A stretch of DNA of 64,000 nucleotides from a candidate division FCPU426 bacterium (GTDB taxonomy: Bacteria; Oederibacteriota; JAAXVQ01; JAUVAV01): positions 1,388,299 through 1,452,298 of the forward strand of contig JBFLYH010000001.1 of the NCBI GenBank assembly GCA_040756875.1, read 5' to 3'. Positions 1-9,240 of this stretch are shown in pieces (positions within the stretch are counted from its first letter, which is position 1; every line of letters starts with the position of its first letter). Below the pieces are notes generated by a model, which searched no databases, had not been told where the DNA came from, and worked only from the letters and a program-made list of their open reading frames with translations. Both the position numbers and the translations under genes were made by a program.

Positions 1-14
1 AAAGCCGCCACGCC

Positions 15-1535
15 TCACAACTTGAGGGATTTTACGCGGAAGACCGACACCTTGTCCCGTTTGCCCTTGACCGCCAGCGGCGTCAGCCGTTCGGCGACGA
101 CCTTGGCGTTCACCTGCAGGTAGGTTTCCTCGGAAATTAAAATGCTGCCGCCTTCGGCCACGGATTCCAAACGGGCCGCCAAATTCACCGAATCGCCGAT
201 GACCGTATAATCCATCTTCTGCGACGAACCCATGTTGCCCGAAACCACGTCGCCGGTGTTGATGCCGATCCCGATGGTCACGGTCTTTTCCCCGGCCGCC
301 CGGCGGCGCTGGTTCATTTCGTCCACGGCGATCTGAATTTCCAGGGCGCTGCGCACGGCCCGCAAGGCATCATCTTCCTTGGCCAGCGGAATGCCGTACA
401 CGGCCATGACGCAATCGCCGACGAATTTGTCCAGCATGCCGCCGTTGCGAAGGATGATCTCGGTCTGCACCGAGAGGTAACTGTTGATGATGGAAACGAC
501 CTCTTCAGGCTGCATGGTTTCGGACATGGCGGTAAAGCCGCGGATATCGGAAAACAGGATGGTGGCCCGCTTGCGGGCTCCGCCCAAAGCCATGCTGCCC
601 GGATTTTTCAGGACCTCCTCCATCACCTGGCTCGACACATACGTGGAGAACGCGCCCTTGATCAGTTCCTTCTCACGCAGCGAACTGGCCATTTCGTTGA
701 AGGCCGCGGTCAGCTCGCCCAGTTCATCCTTGCGGTTTACGCGCAGTTTCTGGTTGAGGTCTCCGGAGGCAATGGCCAGCACGCCGCCCACCAGGCGTTT
801 GATGGGTTGCGTCAGGTATTGAGCCATCACAATGGCGCCGATCGCGCCCAGCAACAGCACCACGGCCGTGGCGATCAGCAGCTTGGCCGCCGCCTGTTTG
901 ACCGTCATGGCCACCAGCGATTCGGACATCGCCAGGTGCACCACGCCGATTTTTTTCCGGCCTTCGGTCAAGTCCGGCCGCGCCACGAATACCGGCACCG
1001 CGATGTCGATCCGGTGGTCTTTTTCGCCTATGGTGTAGGGCTGGACCTGGATCATTTCCCCCGAATATTTCGTGATCTCCTTGGACGGAGGGTCGTATTT
1101 CTCTCCAGTTTTTTGGATATCGTTGTGGGCCACGATCTTGTCGTCGATGTCCACCATGGTGATCTCCACCACGCCGGCGTTTCCGGTGATGTTGCCTGGC
1201 ATACCCTGTTCTTCGCCGGTGATGTCGTCCCACAAAGACTGCAGCACGTTTCCCCAGGTAATGGAGGTCAGGGAATTCGAACCGGCTGCCGGCATGGTCT
1301 CATGGATGAGCGTGGCGCAGACCAAATCGTTCAGCACCGCCTCCCCGGCGGACGAGGCCAGGCTGCGGGCGATGGTCACACCGCGCTTGACCACCTCGGC
1401 CCGCAGGGAACGTTCCTGTTGGCGGTACGTCAGCCAGGTGGTCAGGGCCATGACCGACCCGATGGTCAGGATCATCAGGAAAGTGATCTGCACCATCAGG
1501 GGAATGCGGCCTTTGGCCTTCACGACTGGGCCCAT
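15..1535 (-). CDS. Membrane-bound class III adenylate/guanylate cyclase with periplasmic sensor and HAMP domain
   Basis: Two TM helices, then HAMP (PIKRL...DELGELTAAFNEM). Cyclase motifs FSDIRGFT, KFVGD and GNMGS..MDYTVIGDSVNLAARLE; the K/T specificity residues fit an adenylate cyclase. Confidence 0.92.
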   Translation of the reverse strand: MGPVVKAKGRIPLMVQITFLMILTIGSVMALTTWLTYRQQERSLRAEVVKRGVTIARSLASSAGEAVLNDLVCATLIHETMPAAGSNSLTSITWGNVLQSLWDDITGEEQGMPGNITGNAGVVEITMVDIDDKIVAHNDIQKTGEKYDPPSKEITKYSGEMIQVQPYTIGEKDHRIDIAVPVFVARPDLTEGRKKIGVVHLAMSESLVAMTVKQAAAKLLIATAVVLLLGAIGAIVMAQYLTQPIKRLVGGVLAIASGDLNQKLRVNRKDELGELTAAFNEMASSLREKELIKGAFSTYVSSQVMEEVLKNPGSMALGGARKRATILFSDIRGFTAMSETMQPEEVVSIINSYLSVQTEIILRNGGMLDKFVGDCVMAVYGIPLAKEDDALRAVRSALEIQIAVDEMNQRRRAAGEKTVTIGIGINTGDVVSGNMGSSQKMDYTVIGDSVNLAARLESVAEGGSILISEETYLQVNAKVVAERLTPLAVKGKRDKVSVFRVKSLKL

Positions 1536-1536
1536 G

Positions 1537-2820
1537 TCACTGAATTCCTTTCTTCAAAGCCACGGTCTCGATAAAAACGTCCACGATCTCCGGATCAAAC
1601 TGCGTTCCGGACCCCTTCTTCAGTTCATCGATGGCCTGGGAACGGGTCATGGCCGAACGGTGTTTCTGCGCCGACGTCATGGCGTCGAAAGCGTCCGCCA
1701 CGGCCAGAATGCGGGCTCCGAGCGGAATGTCCTTGCCCTTCAAACCGGCGGGATATCCCGCCCCGTCATAGCGTTCATGGTGGTGCAAAACGAGCTTCAC
1801 CGTTCCACGCAATGCCTGGATCTGGTTCAGGATTTCCGCGCCGACCATGGGATGTTCCTTGAGCTTCTTATACTCCTGTTCGGAAAGCTTGCCGGTGCTG
1901 TGCAGGATCGAATCCGGCACTGCGATGTGCCCCAGGTTCTGAACCTGCGCCGCCAGGCGGATGTTCTCCACTTCCTCAACAGCTAGTCCGATGACCTGGG
2001 CCACGCTGGCGGCGTACTCCGCGACCCGCTGATCGTGCCCGCCGGCGAATTTGTCGCGCGATTCCAGGGTTTTAGCCATGGCGCGCAACATGCCGATATA
2101 AAGCTCCTTGAGGTGCTCGGTCATCTCGTTGAACGCGTTGGCTACCAGGGTCAATTCATTCTGGCCCTTGAGATTGATTTTATAATTTAAGTTCCCCTCG
2201 CCAATGGCCTTGATGCCGTGCAACAGGTCGTTCAGGGGCCGCATGGTCATGTTGATCAACAGCACCGAGACGAACACGCCGATCAGCAGCAATCCGGCTG
2301 CGATGGACATGGACTCGCGGAACGTCTGATTGACGAAACGGTCAATGGCCCGCTGCGACATTCCCACGTGCACCGCGCCGATGCGGACGCCGTTGCGCAA
2401 ATTGATGGGAATGGCTATATCTATGATCGGCTCTTTTTTATCGTCCTGGTAGGGCTGGATCAGTATTTCTTCATTGGTCAAAGGCCGTAGGCCCGGCGGT
2501 TCCACGTAGGACTTGCCCACGTCCTCGATGCGACTGTGGGCGAGGATCTGCATCCGGTCGTTGAGGGTGAGCGCGTACAATACGCCGTCGTTCTTCATGG
2601 TGCTGGTGACGAACGTGGCCAGGGCCAGCTGGTCATTGCCGATGAGCGAATCCGTGCTGACTGTGGCCAGATTTCTGGCTATCGTGGCGCCGCGGCGGGT
2701 CATCTCCCGCAGCAGAACATCACGCTCTTGGCGGATAAAAAAAAAGGTGGAGCCCAGGACCGTCACGGTCACCAGGGCGATCGTGATGAGAATAAACTGC
2801 AGTTTGATGCTGATCCGCAT
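1537..2820 (-). CDS. Membrane sensor-HAMP-HD-GYP domain protein (HD motif degenerate)
   Basis: Two TM helices, HAMP, HHERYDGAGYP, ARILAVADAFDAMTS and GTQFDP. The canonical LHDIGK reads VQNLGH. Confidence 0.88.
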   Translation of the reverse strand: MRISIKLQFILITIALVTVTVLGSTFFFIRQERDVLLREMTRRGATIARNLATVSTDSLIGNDQLALATFVTSTMKNDGVLYALTLNDRMQILAHSRIEDVGKSYVEPPGLRPLTNEEILIQPYQDDKKEPIIDIAIPINLRNGVRIGAVHVGMSQRAIDRFVNQTFRESMSIAAGLLLIGVFVSVLLINMTMRPLNDLLHGIKAIGEGNLNYKINLKGQNELTLVANAFNEMTEHLKELYIGMLRAMAKTLESRDKFAGGHDQRVAEYAASVAQVIGLAVEEVENIRLAAQVQNLGHIAVPDSILHSTGKLSEQEYKKLKEHPMVGAEILNQIQALRGTVKLVLHHHERYDGAGYPAGLKGKDIPLGARILAVADAFDAMTSAQKHRSAMTRSQAIDELKKGSGTQFDPEIVDVFIETVALKKGIQ

Positions 2821-2927
2821 CCAAACCTCCGCCGGGTCACAGGCGGATGACTCAGATCCACATGCCCCGCGCAGTGAAAACGCCTGTAAACTAAAACCAT
2901 TTCGTGGCGAAAAATGTCGTGGCGGTC

Positions 2928-2957
2928 AGTTTAGCAACTTAAATAAGTCATTGTCAA
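2928..2957 (-). promoter_or_regulatory. sigma70-type promoter for the HD-GYP/cyclase operon
   Basis: Minus strand TTGACA-N18-TAAACT with an extended -10 TG dinucleotide. Confidence 0.5.
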
Positions 2958-2979
2958 GAAAAAACCAGTCCGTTTCCAC

Positions 2980-3009
2980 TTGACAAAAAATGAAAAAATC
3001 CTTTAAAAT
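2980..3009 (+). promoter_or_regulatory. sigma70-type promoter for the TolB-OmpA gene
   Basis: TTGACA(2980-2985)-N18-TAAAAT(3004-3009). Confidence 0.55.
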
Positions 3010-3115
3010 CTTGACAAAATCACCAAGGAGGCAGAACGGACGCGAAGGTGTTGGAAACCAAATCCACTAAAATTTCCGGAGCTATTTGGCTAAATATATG
3101 ACAATATTTCTTTCC

Positions 3116-4729
3116 ATGCGACGCTCATCCAGCCTTCTTCCCCTTCTGATCCTATCGATTATTTTCAGCGGCGGGTGCAAAAAATCCCCCTCTCAGCCTG
3201 CCGTTTCACCGGCGCCAACCGCCCTGCCCTACTCGGATCAAATTCTGTATACCTCCGGCGGCCAGTTGTACCTGACTTCCCTGGACGGAGAGCAAACAAA
3301 AAAACTAAGCGCTGCCGGCCGCAATATCTGGTTTCCTTCCGTATCGCCGGATTATACGCGGTTGGCCTTTTGGGCCGCTTCAAACGGGTTCCACGAACTG
3401 TGGGCCTATGACATCGCCGGGGATTCGCTCCGGCAACTCACCTTTTTCAACCAAAAGCTCGCCCAGGCGCATCTGCAGAATTTCAATTTGCACAACGCGC
3501 CCGCCTGGGAGCCTGACGGCAGGCGCATCGTCTTTTCGCAGGCGGACAAACTCTGGAGCGTCGACGCGGAGGGATTCAACCTGGAAACCGTCCTGTCCGA
3601 CGGCGTTTTTTACGCCCCGTCCCTGTCGCCGGATGGAAAACTGTTGGCTTACGTTTCAGAACGCGACCAGGCGCGCAATCTTTTTATTCGCCGGCTGGGC
3701 ACGAACGAAGAATGGCCGGTGACCGCTTTTCCCTACACCCACTCGGCAGGAAGCCCGAGTTGGTCTCCGGACGGATCGTTGCTCGCATTTGCCCTGGTGG
3801 CAGGCGAACAGGTTGATATCTGGGTGGTGCGCCCGGACGGAGAACAGTTGCGGCGCCTGACCCAGGATGGATACAGCAATTCACCCGTCTGGTCGCCGGA
3901 TGGCCAGCGTCTGGCTTTCGCCTCCGGAAGGCAGGATCCGTATCACTGGGAAATTTGGGTCATGAACCGCGACGGCGGCGGCCAGTTTGCCGTAACCCGC
4001 AATGGAGGCTCGTCGCCGGTTTGGATCCGAATGTCCAAGCAAGCGGCTTCCCCGGCGCCCATAGTGGTTGCCACACGGGTTCAATCCGCCACCCCGGCGA
4101 TTTCGCCGAAACCTACGGCTGCTCCGACTTATAAACCCACGGCCCAGCCTACAGCCAAGCCTACAGCTAAGCCTACTGCCAAACCCACTGCCAAACCTAC
4201 GCCTCAACCGACTCCCCGGCCCACCGCCAAACCCACGCCCCGGCCCGCTGTGAAATCCGTCACCACGCCGGCACCTGCAGCCACCGCAACCGGCGGCGAG
4301 GAGGAGGCGGAGTACGAGGAGTATGAAGAATATGCCGACGAGGATCAGGCGGTATTGCCCGAAGCGGATCTGGGCGCGGCCGTGGAAGGCAACCGCATTG
4401 TTTTCACGCCGAAAATCGAGTTCTACTTCGCCAAAGACATGATCAAACCGGGTTCGCTGCCCACCTTAAAACAACTGGCCGAAGAATTGGACGCTTATCC
4501 GGATGCTTCGCTGGTTGTCAAAGGATACATGCGCGGACCGGGGTTCCTTAAAAAAATCCTGCCCATTCTAAAGACGCTCTCCCGGGCCAGGGCCAACAGT
4601 GTCTTGCGCCACTTGATCGTGAATGAAAAAATCCGCCAGATCAACGTAACCGCACTGGGCGAGACCGATCCCGTGCCTGACGTTGCGCGCAACCAGGAAA
4701 AACCCGTTCTCATCGTCGAAGTAAAGTAA
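3116..4729 (+). CDS. Lipoprotein: TolB-like PD40 beta-propeller + Pro/Thr/Lys linker + OmpA/Pal-like C-terminal domain
   Basis: Lipobox FSGGC, repeated P.WSPDG..LAF, (KPTA)n linker, acidic patch, and OmpA-like IEFYFAKDMI...LSRARANSVLRHL. Start chosen at ATG 3116; the ORF is open from 3086. Confidence 0.8.
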   Translation: MRRSSSLLPLLILSIIFSGGCKKSPSQPAVSPAPTALPYSDQILYTSGGQLYLTSLDGEQTKKLSAAGRNIWFPSVSPDYTRLAFWAASNGFHELWAYDIAGDSLRQLTFFNQKLAQAHLQNFNLHNAPAWEPDGRRIVFSQADKLWSVDAEGFNLETVLSDGVFYAPSLSPDGKLLAYVSERDQARNLFIRRLGTNEEWPVTAFPYTHSAGSPSWSPDGSLLAFALVAGEQVDIWVVRPDGEQLRRLTQDGYSNSPVWSPDGQRLAFASGRQDPYHWEIWVMNRDGGGQFAVTRNGGSSPVWIRMSKQAASPAPIVVATRVQSATPAISPKPTAAPTYKPTAQPTAKPTAKPTAKPTAKPTPQPTPRPTAKPTPRPAVKSVTTPAPAATATGGEEEAEYEEYEEYADEDQAVLPEADLGAAVEGNRIVFTPKIEFYFAKDMIKPGSLPTLKQLAEELDAYPDASLVVKGYMRGPGFLKKILPILKTLSRARANSVLRHLIVNEKIRQINVTALGETDPVPDVARNQEKPVLIVEVK

Positions 4730-4871
4730 TCAGGATCGAAATAAAGCCGGCGGGAAACCCCTGAAAAACAGTTCATCCCCAAATCCAGTCCGGGCGTTTC
4801 TTTCCCCCGGATCACTTCTTCTGCCATCTTCGTCTGATTTCGAATCCCGTTCGGGCGTTCGGGGGGCGTGG

Positions 4872-6836
4872 TTACCAGTTGGTGGGCATGGCCTTGCGCG
4901 CCTTGTCCTTGTCCGCGCATTCGGCTTTCAAGGCCTGCAAGGTGGGGAAAAGCTTTTCCGCGGATGCAACCGTGGTGGCATAGTCTTCGCTGCGCAGCAG
5001 CAACTTGATCTTGCCGAGCTCCTGCTTCAGTTCCGCCACTTGCTTGGGAAAATAGCGTTCTCCGTTCAGCGTATCAATGTCCAGCATCAACTTGACGGCC
5101 CGGCCATAAGCGCCGCGGGCGCGCTTGCGCAACCGTTGAACACGCGCGTCCAACGGAGCGGTCAGGGTAGCCTTTTCGGGGGCAGGCGTCACGGCCGGGA
5201 CCGGCGCAGAATCCCGGGATTTTTCCGGCGCGGGCGCCGGCGGCGCTTTGACTTCTTCGGCTTCGGCTTTTTCCCTCCGGACGGCGCGGACCGCCAAACG
5301 CTCGGCTTCACGGCTAACCGCCTGGGAAATCGCCTGCACACGTTCGCTTTCCCCCACTGAAAGGTTTTCCTCGGCTAAGGCCAGTTGTTTCTGCAACGCC
5401 GAAAGTTCTTCGTCGAAATATTCCCGCACTCGCCGGTTTTTCCTGGCTGCCGAGAAGGCCGCCCGGGCGCGCTGCAAACTCGAACCGGCCTCGCGCAAGG
5501 CTGCACGCCGGGCCACCAGCGCAGCCTCCCGTTCCTTGCGTTCCTGCTGTTGCTTTTGTTGTTCGGACAACACCTCGAGTTTCTTCTGCACGGACTGGAG
5601 CAACAGGGAGGCCTGGCTGTGGCGGGGGTCCAAGGTCTGCGCCTTGCGGTATTCCGAAGCGGCACTAAGCAGGTTACCCTCCTTTTCGAATTCCAACCCC
5701 TGGTCGATATGAATGCGGATTTCAGCCTGGCGTTTGAGGGTCTCATTCAGCGCCGTGATTTTTTGGCGCAGGGTTTGGTCATCCGGAACCATTTCCGCGG
5801 CTTCTTCCCACGCCTGCAACGCCGCCTGGGCGTCGCCTTCGCGGCGGTAGTCCTCGCCCTCCTCGATCAAGCGGTCGGCCAGCGCGCGGGCGTCATCCTC
5901 GGCGCTTTGGGAAGCTCCAAACGTGAATTGCAGGTTCAACAGATGCGTGACTCCGGCCTCGCTGAATCCCCCCAGAGGAATGACGAGGGCGTATTCCACG
6001 CCCACGGACCACGCGGTTTGGGGCAGACGCAGGGTAAACCCTGCCGTGGCTTCGGAAAGCTCGCGGTCGCCCAGAGCCAGTCCCAAGCGGCTCGCGAAAA
6101 TGCCGCGAACCCACCAGGCCTCCCCGCCCAGGGCCAGGCGATAGTGTCCGGACTGCGTCAGGGCTTCGAAGCCGGCCAGATAATTTTCCTGCCTCCAGCC
6201 CGCACCGGCCCGCAACTGGAACGGGACGCGCGACTCGGCGCCGGACAACGAAAGGTTGGGCTGGTTCACGTTCGCCAACGACAAACCAGCGGTGATTTCG
6301 TCCGTCAGATACATCAGCCCGCCCACGTCCACACCCACGGCCAGGGCCGACGTCCCGCCGTCGAAGTAGGGGTTCGCGGCAGTTGCAGCGGAATCCAGAT
6401 AGCGCTGCTGCAGCAGTTTTAAAGCGATGCCGGCCATATAGCTTCCGGTTTCATCGAGCGCCAGGCCATATCCCAGGGCCCAAAGGTTTTCCTGATACAT
6501 ATCTTGTAAAGAGCGTTGAAACCACGAGGCGCCGATCGAACCGTAATCTTCCAGGGGTTGGATATACGATATCCTGCCCTCCGACAACACTCCGTCATTG
6601 AGTCCGGCCAGCAGACGCCCATAGCTGAGACCTGCCATCGGCGTCGGAATCTGCGCCATTCCCGCGGGGTTGGAAAAAAGCGCATCCGTGTCGTCAGCCA
6701 GGGCGCAGAACGCGCCAGCCATGCCCGCCGAACGGGCGCCGGGTTTTTCCAGCTCAAACCCCGCCTGCACGAGGCGCGGCCCGCAAAAAGCGGCCGTTCC
6801 GAACAGCAACAATGCCCAACCCCAGGAGGTTTTCAT
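4872..6836 (-). CDS. PorP/SprF- or PorV-like outer-membrane beta-barrel fused to a TPR/helical C-terminal region
   Basis: Signal peptide, GAR.AGM.GAF.A.ADD..A...NPAG, NVNQP, terminal THLLNLQFTF strand, then TPR-like helices (ALQAWEEA, AASEYRKAQTLDP). Confidence 0.72.
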   Translation of the reverse strand: MKTSWGWALLLFGTAAFCGPRLVQAGFELEKPGARSAGMAGAFCALADDTDALFSNPAGMAQIPTPMAGLSYGRLLAGLNDGVLSEGRISYIQPLEDYGSIGASWFQRSLQDMYQENLWALGYGLALDETGSYMAGIALKLLQQRYLDSAATAANPYFDGGTSALAVGVDVGGLMYLTDEITAGLSLANVNQPNLSLSGAESRVPFQLRAGAGWRQENYLAGFEALTQSGHYRLALGGEAWWVRGIFASRLGLALGDRELSEATAGFTLRLPQTAWSVGVEYALVIPLGGFSEAGVTHLLNLQFTFGASQSAEDDARALADRLIEEGEDYRREGDAQAALQAWEEAAEMVPDDQTLRQKITALNETLKRQAEIRIHIDQGLEFEKEGNLLSAASEYRKAQTLDPRHSQASLLLQSVQKKLEVLSEQQKQQQERKEREAALVARRAALREAGSSLQRARAAFSAARKNRRVREYFDEELSALQKQLALAEENLSVGESERVQAISQAVSREAERLAVRAVRREKAEAEEVKAPPAPAPEKSRDSAPVPAVTPAPEKATLTAPLDARVQRLRKRARGAYGRAVKLMLDIDTLNGERYFPKQVAELKQELGKIKLLLRSEDYATTVASAEKLFPTLQALKAECADKDKARKAMPTNW

Positions 6837-7744
6837 CGCGCCAGCACCACTGCGGCCCGGTAGGTTCGATTCCCGGCCTGAATGACCAAGACATATATTC
6901 CGGCCGGCAAAGCTTTGCCCGCATCATCCCGGCCGTCCCAGCGCACGGTATAGTCCGGGATTTGGCCGCGCACCGTGCCTTCCGCGACACGCCTGCCGTT
7001 GAGCGAATAGACTTTGGCGTGTATCTCTCCCGCCGAAAGCTCGGATTGGAATACCGCCGCCAGTTCCCGGTTCAGGCTTCCATCCGGAGTGAATGTGCGC
7101 GTTAGCCATCTGACATTTCCCAACAAACCGGAAAAAGCAACCGTCGGCGGCGAGACATACGGAACCCGGGTGGGACTGATGCTGGGCGTCGGCGAAATGG
7201 TGGGGGTGCGTGTAATCGTGAAAGTCGGCGTAACGGTGGCGGAAGGTGAAAAAGTCGGCGTGCGGCTGGGTGTGGGGCTGATGGTGCCGGTCGGGCTTTC
7301 CGTGGCCGTCTCGCTGATCGTGGGTGTAGCGGTCCGGGTGGCGCTCTCGGTGGGAGTAGTCGTGATGGAAAGCGTAGGGGAAATCGTCGGGGTTGGAGAC
7401 TCGGTCGCAGTGTCCGTGGACGTCGGCGATTCGGTCAAAGTCGGGCTCAAGGTGGGAGTGGCTGAAAGAGTGGCTGTCCCGGTGATCGTAAACGTGCCTG
7501 TCGGCGTGGGAGAATCGGTCAGCGTCGGCGTGACAGTCGCGGTGGGTGTATCCGTCGGCGTGGAAGTCAGCGTGACAGTCTCGGTCGGGGTCGGCGAGTC
7601 CGTGGGTGTGTCAGTAAAAGTCGGCGTGTCCACGGCCGCCGCATACAAATTCGAAGCCGAAAAAACCGCCAAAGCACACGCGACCATCACACTCAGCACA
7701 CACCCTAATCGCAACATAGCCCCTCGCGTGAAGTGTTTTCGCAA
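6833..7744 (-). CDS. Secreted Thr/Pro-rich (mucin-like) protein with FlgD-Ig / type-B-CTD-like C-terminal domain
   Basis: Signal peptide, ~160 aa TP/TS repeats, then FTPDG...YSLNGRRV...WDGRDDAGKALPAGIY. Stop overlaps the start of the PorP-like gene (ATGA). Start uncertain (TTG 7744 or ATG 7717). Confidence 0.75.
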   Translation of the reverse strand: MRKHFTRGAMLRLGCVLSVMVACALAVFSASNLYAAAVDTPTFTDTPTDSPTPTETVTLTSTPTDTPTATVTPTLTDSPTPTGTFTITGTATLSATPTLSPTLTESPTSTDTATESPTPTISPTLSITTTPTESATRTATPTISETATESPTGTISPTPSRTPTFSPSATVTPTFTITRTPTISPTPSISPTRVPYVSPPTVAFSGLLGNVRWLTRTFTPDGSLNRELAAVFQSELSAGEIHAKVYSLNGRRVAEGTVRGQIPDYTVRWDGRDDAGKALPAGIYVLVIQAGNRTYRAAVVLAR

Positions 7745-7814
7745 GTATTGATCTTACGAATTAACCTCTTGGATTTCAATGTTTTTTTAGACCGGACGCC
7801 AAGGGGAACCTTGC

Positions 7815-9056
7815 TTACTTCACCAGCGCAACCTTTTTCTTTTCGCTTCGGACAATGCCACCCTGCTGGTTGGAAATCCTGATCGTCAGCAGATAAATCC
7901 CGGGCGCGGCTTCCGGCGCATTCCAGACGCAGGTCAGCATCTGTCCACTGCCGCCATCCCGGGACTCCAGGATGTGCGCCACCCTTTCCCCGCACATATT
8001 GTAAATATCCACTGCCACTTGAACCTGCCCCTCGGCCGGATAGGCGATCACCACCCGGTTACGGGCCGGATTGGGATAGACGGTCGTTTCACTCAAACGC
8101 AGAAGCGGGGAGGGCGTGGCGGTCATCGTCGCCGTCACGGTGGGAGTCCCCGTATCCGCAGGGGTCGGCGTCACGGTGAATGAAGGCGTGACCGTGGGCG
8201 TCGGTGATAGGGTCGGAGTGTCGGTCCAGGTGCCGGTGGCAGTGAGCGTCGGCGTCATCGTCAGCGTCGGCGAAGCTGTCGCGGTAAATGTCACGGTCAG
8301 GGTCGGGGTCGCGGTCGGCGTGGCAGTGGAAGTTTCAGTAGCCGTAGAAGTCGGCGTAACGGTCTGGGTTGGAGTCGAAGTCAGGGTGACGGTCGGGGTG
8401 AGGGTCGGCGTGGGCGTGGGAGGCGGCATGCGCACCGTGACGTAATCCACGACAAAGTAGGTGCTGCCAAAACCCTCGGCCGTCAGTTGCACGCGGAAAG
8501 TGTGCCCCGGGCCGATCCACCCCATGATCGAGGCATAATTAAGGATGAATGTCCCGGTTGTGCTTGTGCTGGAGACAAGGTCCCGATACTGCCAGGCCCC
8601 GTTGATTTCCTGGATGCCAACCTTCCATGTCATGGATGGCGAGAGCGAGGTCACGCGGATCTCAATGTGCGTGAAAACACTGGTGTTTGGAGAAAGGAGC
8701 GGAGAAAGCACCTTGCCCCAGGTGCTGTCCGCTGTCCGCGTCACGGCCGCTTGCGAAACCAGGCAGGAGTAGGAAATATGCGCATTGAACAGCGGATCGT
8801 CGCTTTCATCCTGCCAGCCTGCAGGCTGTGCACCCGGCGGTCCTGCATCAAAGTCGTCCCGCCAGTATTCATAAGTCGGCGTATTGGTCGGAGTGGGCGT
8901 GCTGGTGGAGGTGCAGGTGTGAGTTGATGTCGCCGTCAGGGTAGGTGTGTCTGTCGGGGAGGCGGCCCAAAGCCCCTCTCCTTGGGCCAACAAAACCAGC
9001 CACAGGCCGGCCGGTATCATAAGGGTGTGCTGCATTACCCTTTTCATGGGCATCAA
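7815..9056 (-). CDS. Secreted protein: one copy of the repeated ~150-aa module + TP linkers + T9SS type-A-like CTD
   Basis: Signal peptide; WRDDF..QPAGW...WGKVLSP...VDYV module; C-terminal YPNP...GERVA...PGIY...KKVALVK. Confidence 0.8.
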   Translation of the reverse strand: MMPMKRVMQHTLMIPAGLWLVLLAQGEGLWAASPTDTPTLTATSTHTCTSTSTPTPTNTPTYEYWRDDFDAGPPGAQPAGWQDESDDPLFNAHISYSCLVSQAAVTRTADSTWGKVLSPLLSPNTSVFTHIEIRVTSLSPSMTWKVGIQEINGAWQYRDLVSSTSTTGTFILNYASIMGWIGPGHTFRVQLTAEGFGSTYFVVDYVTVRMPPPTPTPTLTPTVTLTSTPTQTVTPTSTATETSTATPTATPTLTVTFTATASPTLTMTPTLTATGTWTDTPTLSPTPTVTPSFTVTPTPADTGTPTVTATMTATPSPLLRLSETTVYPNPARNRVVIAYPAEGQVQVAVDIYNMCGERVAHILESRDGGSGQMLTCVWNAPEAAPGIYLLTIRISNQQGGIVRSEKKKVALVK

Positions 9057-9240
9057 CAGCCAGTTGCAACGAATACCGTTAACTTTTCAGACTATGCTTG
9101 ACTCCTTTCTTTTCAAAGAAAAACCACGTCTGATTCCCGGCCTTCTCATCATTCTAATTATATCACTGTTTCGAACGGATCGTTCCCGGAAAAAGGCTTG
9201 TTTTACAAGGCGTTCTTCAGGCATGGCATCTACCAGGCTT

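Noticed and set aside
2737-2745. A9 homopolymer in the HD-GYP gene as a phase-variation tract
   Set aside because: Encodes FFF in a TM helix and is in frame; there is no evidence of slippage from a single sequence.
7014-7751. Plus-strand (GV)n ORFs here and at 8116, 16623, 21018 and elsewhere
   Set aside because: Antisense shadows of TP linkers.
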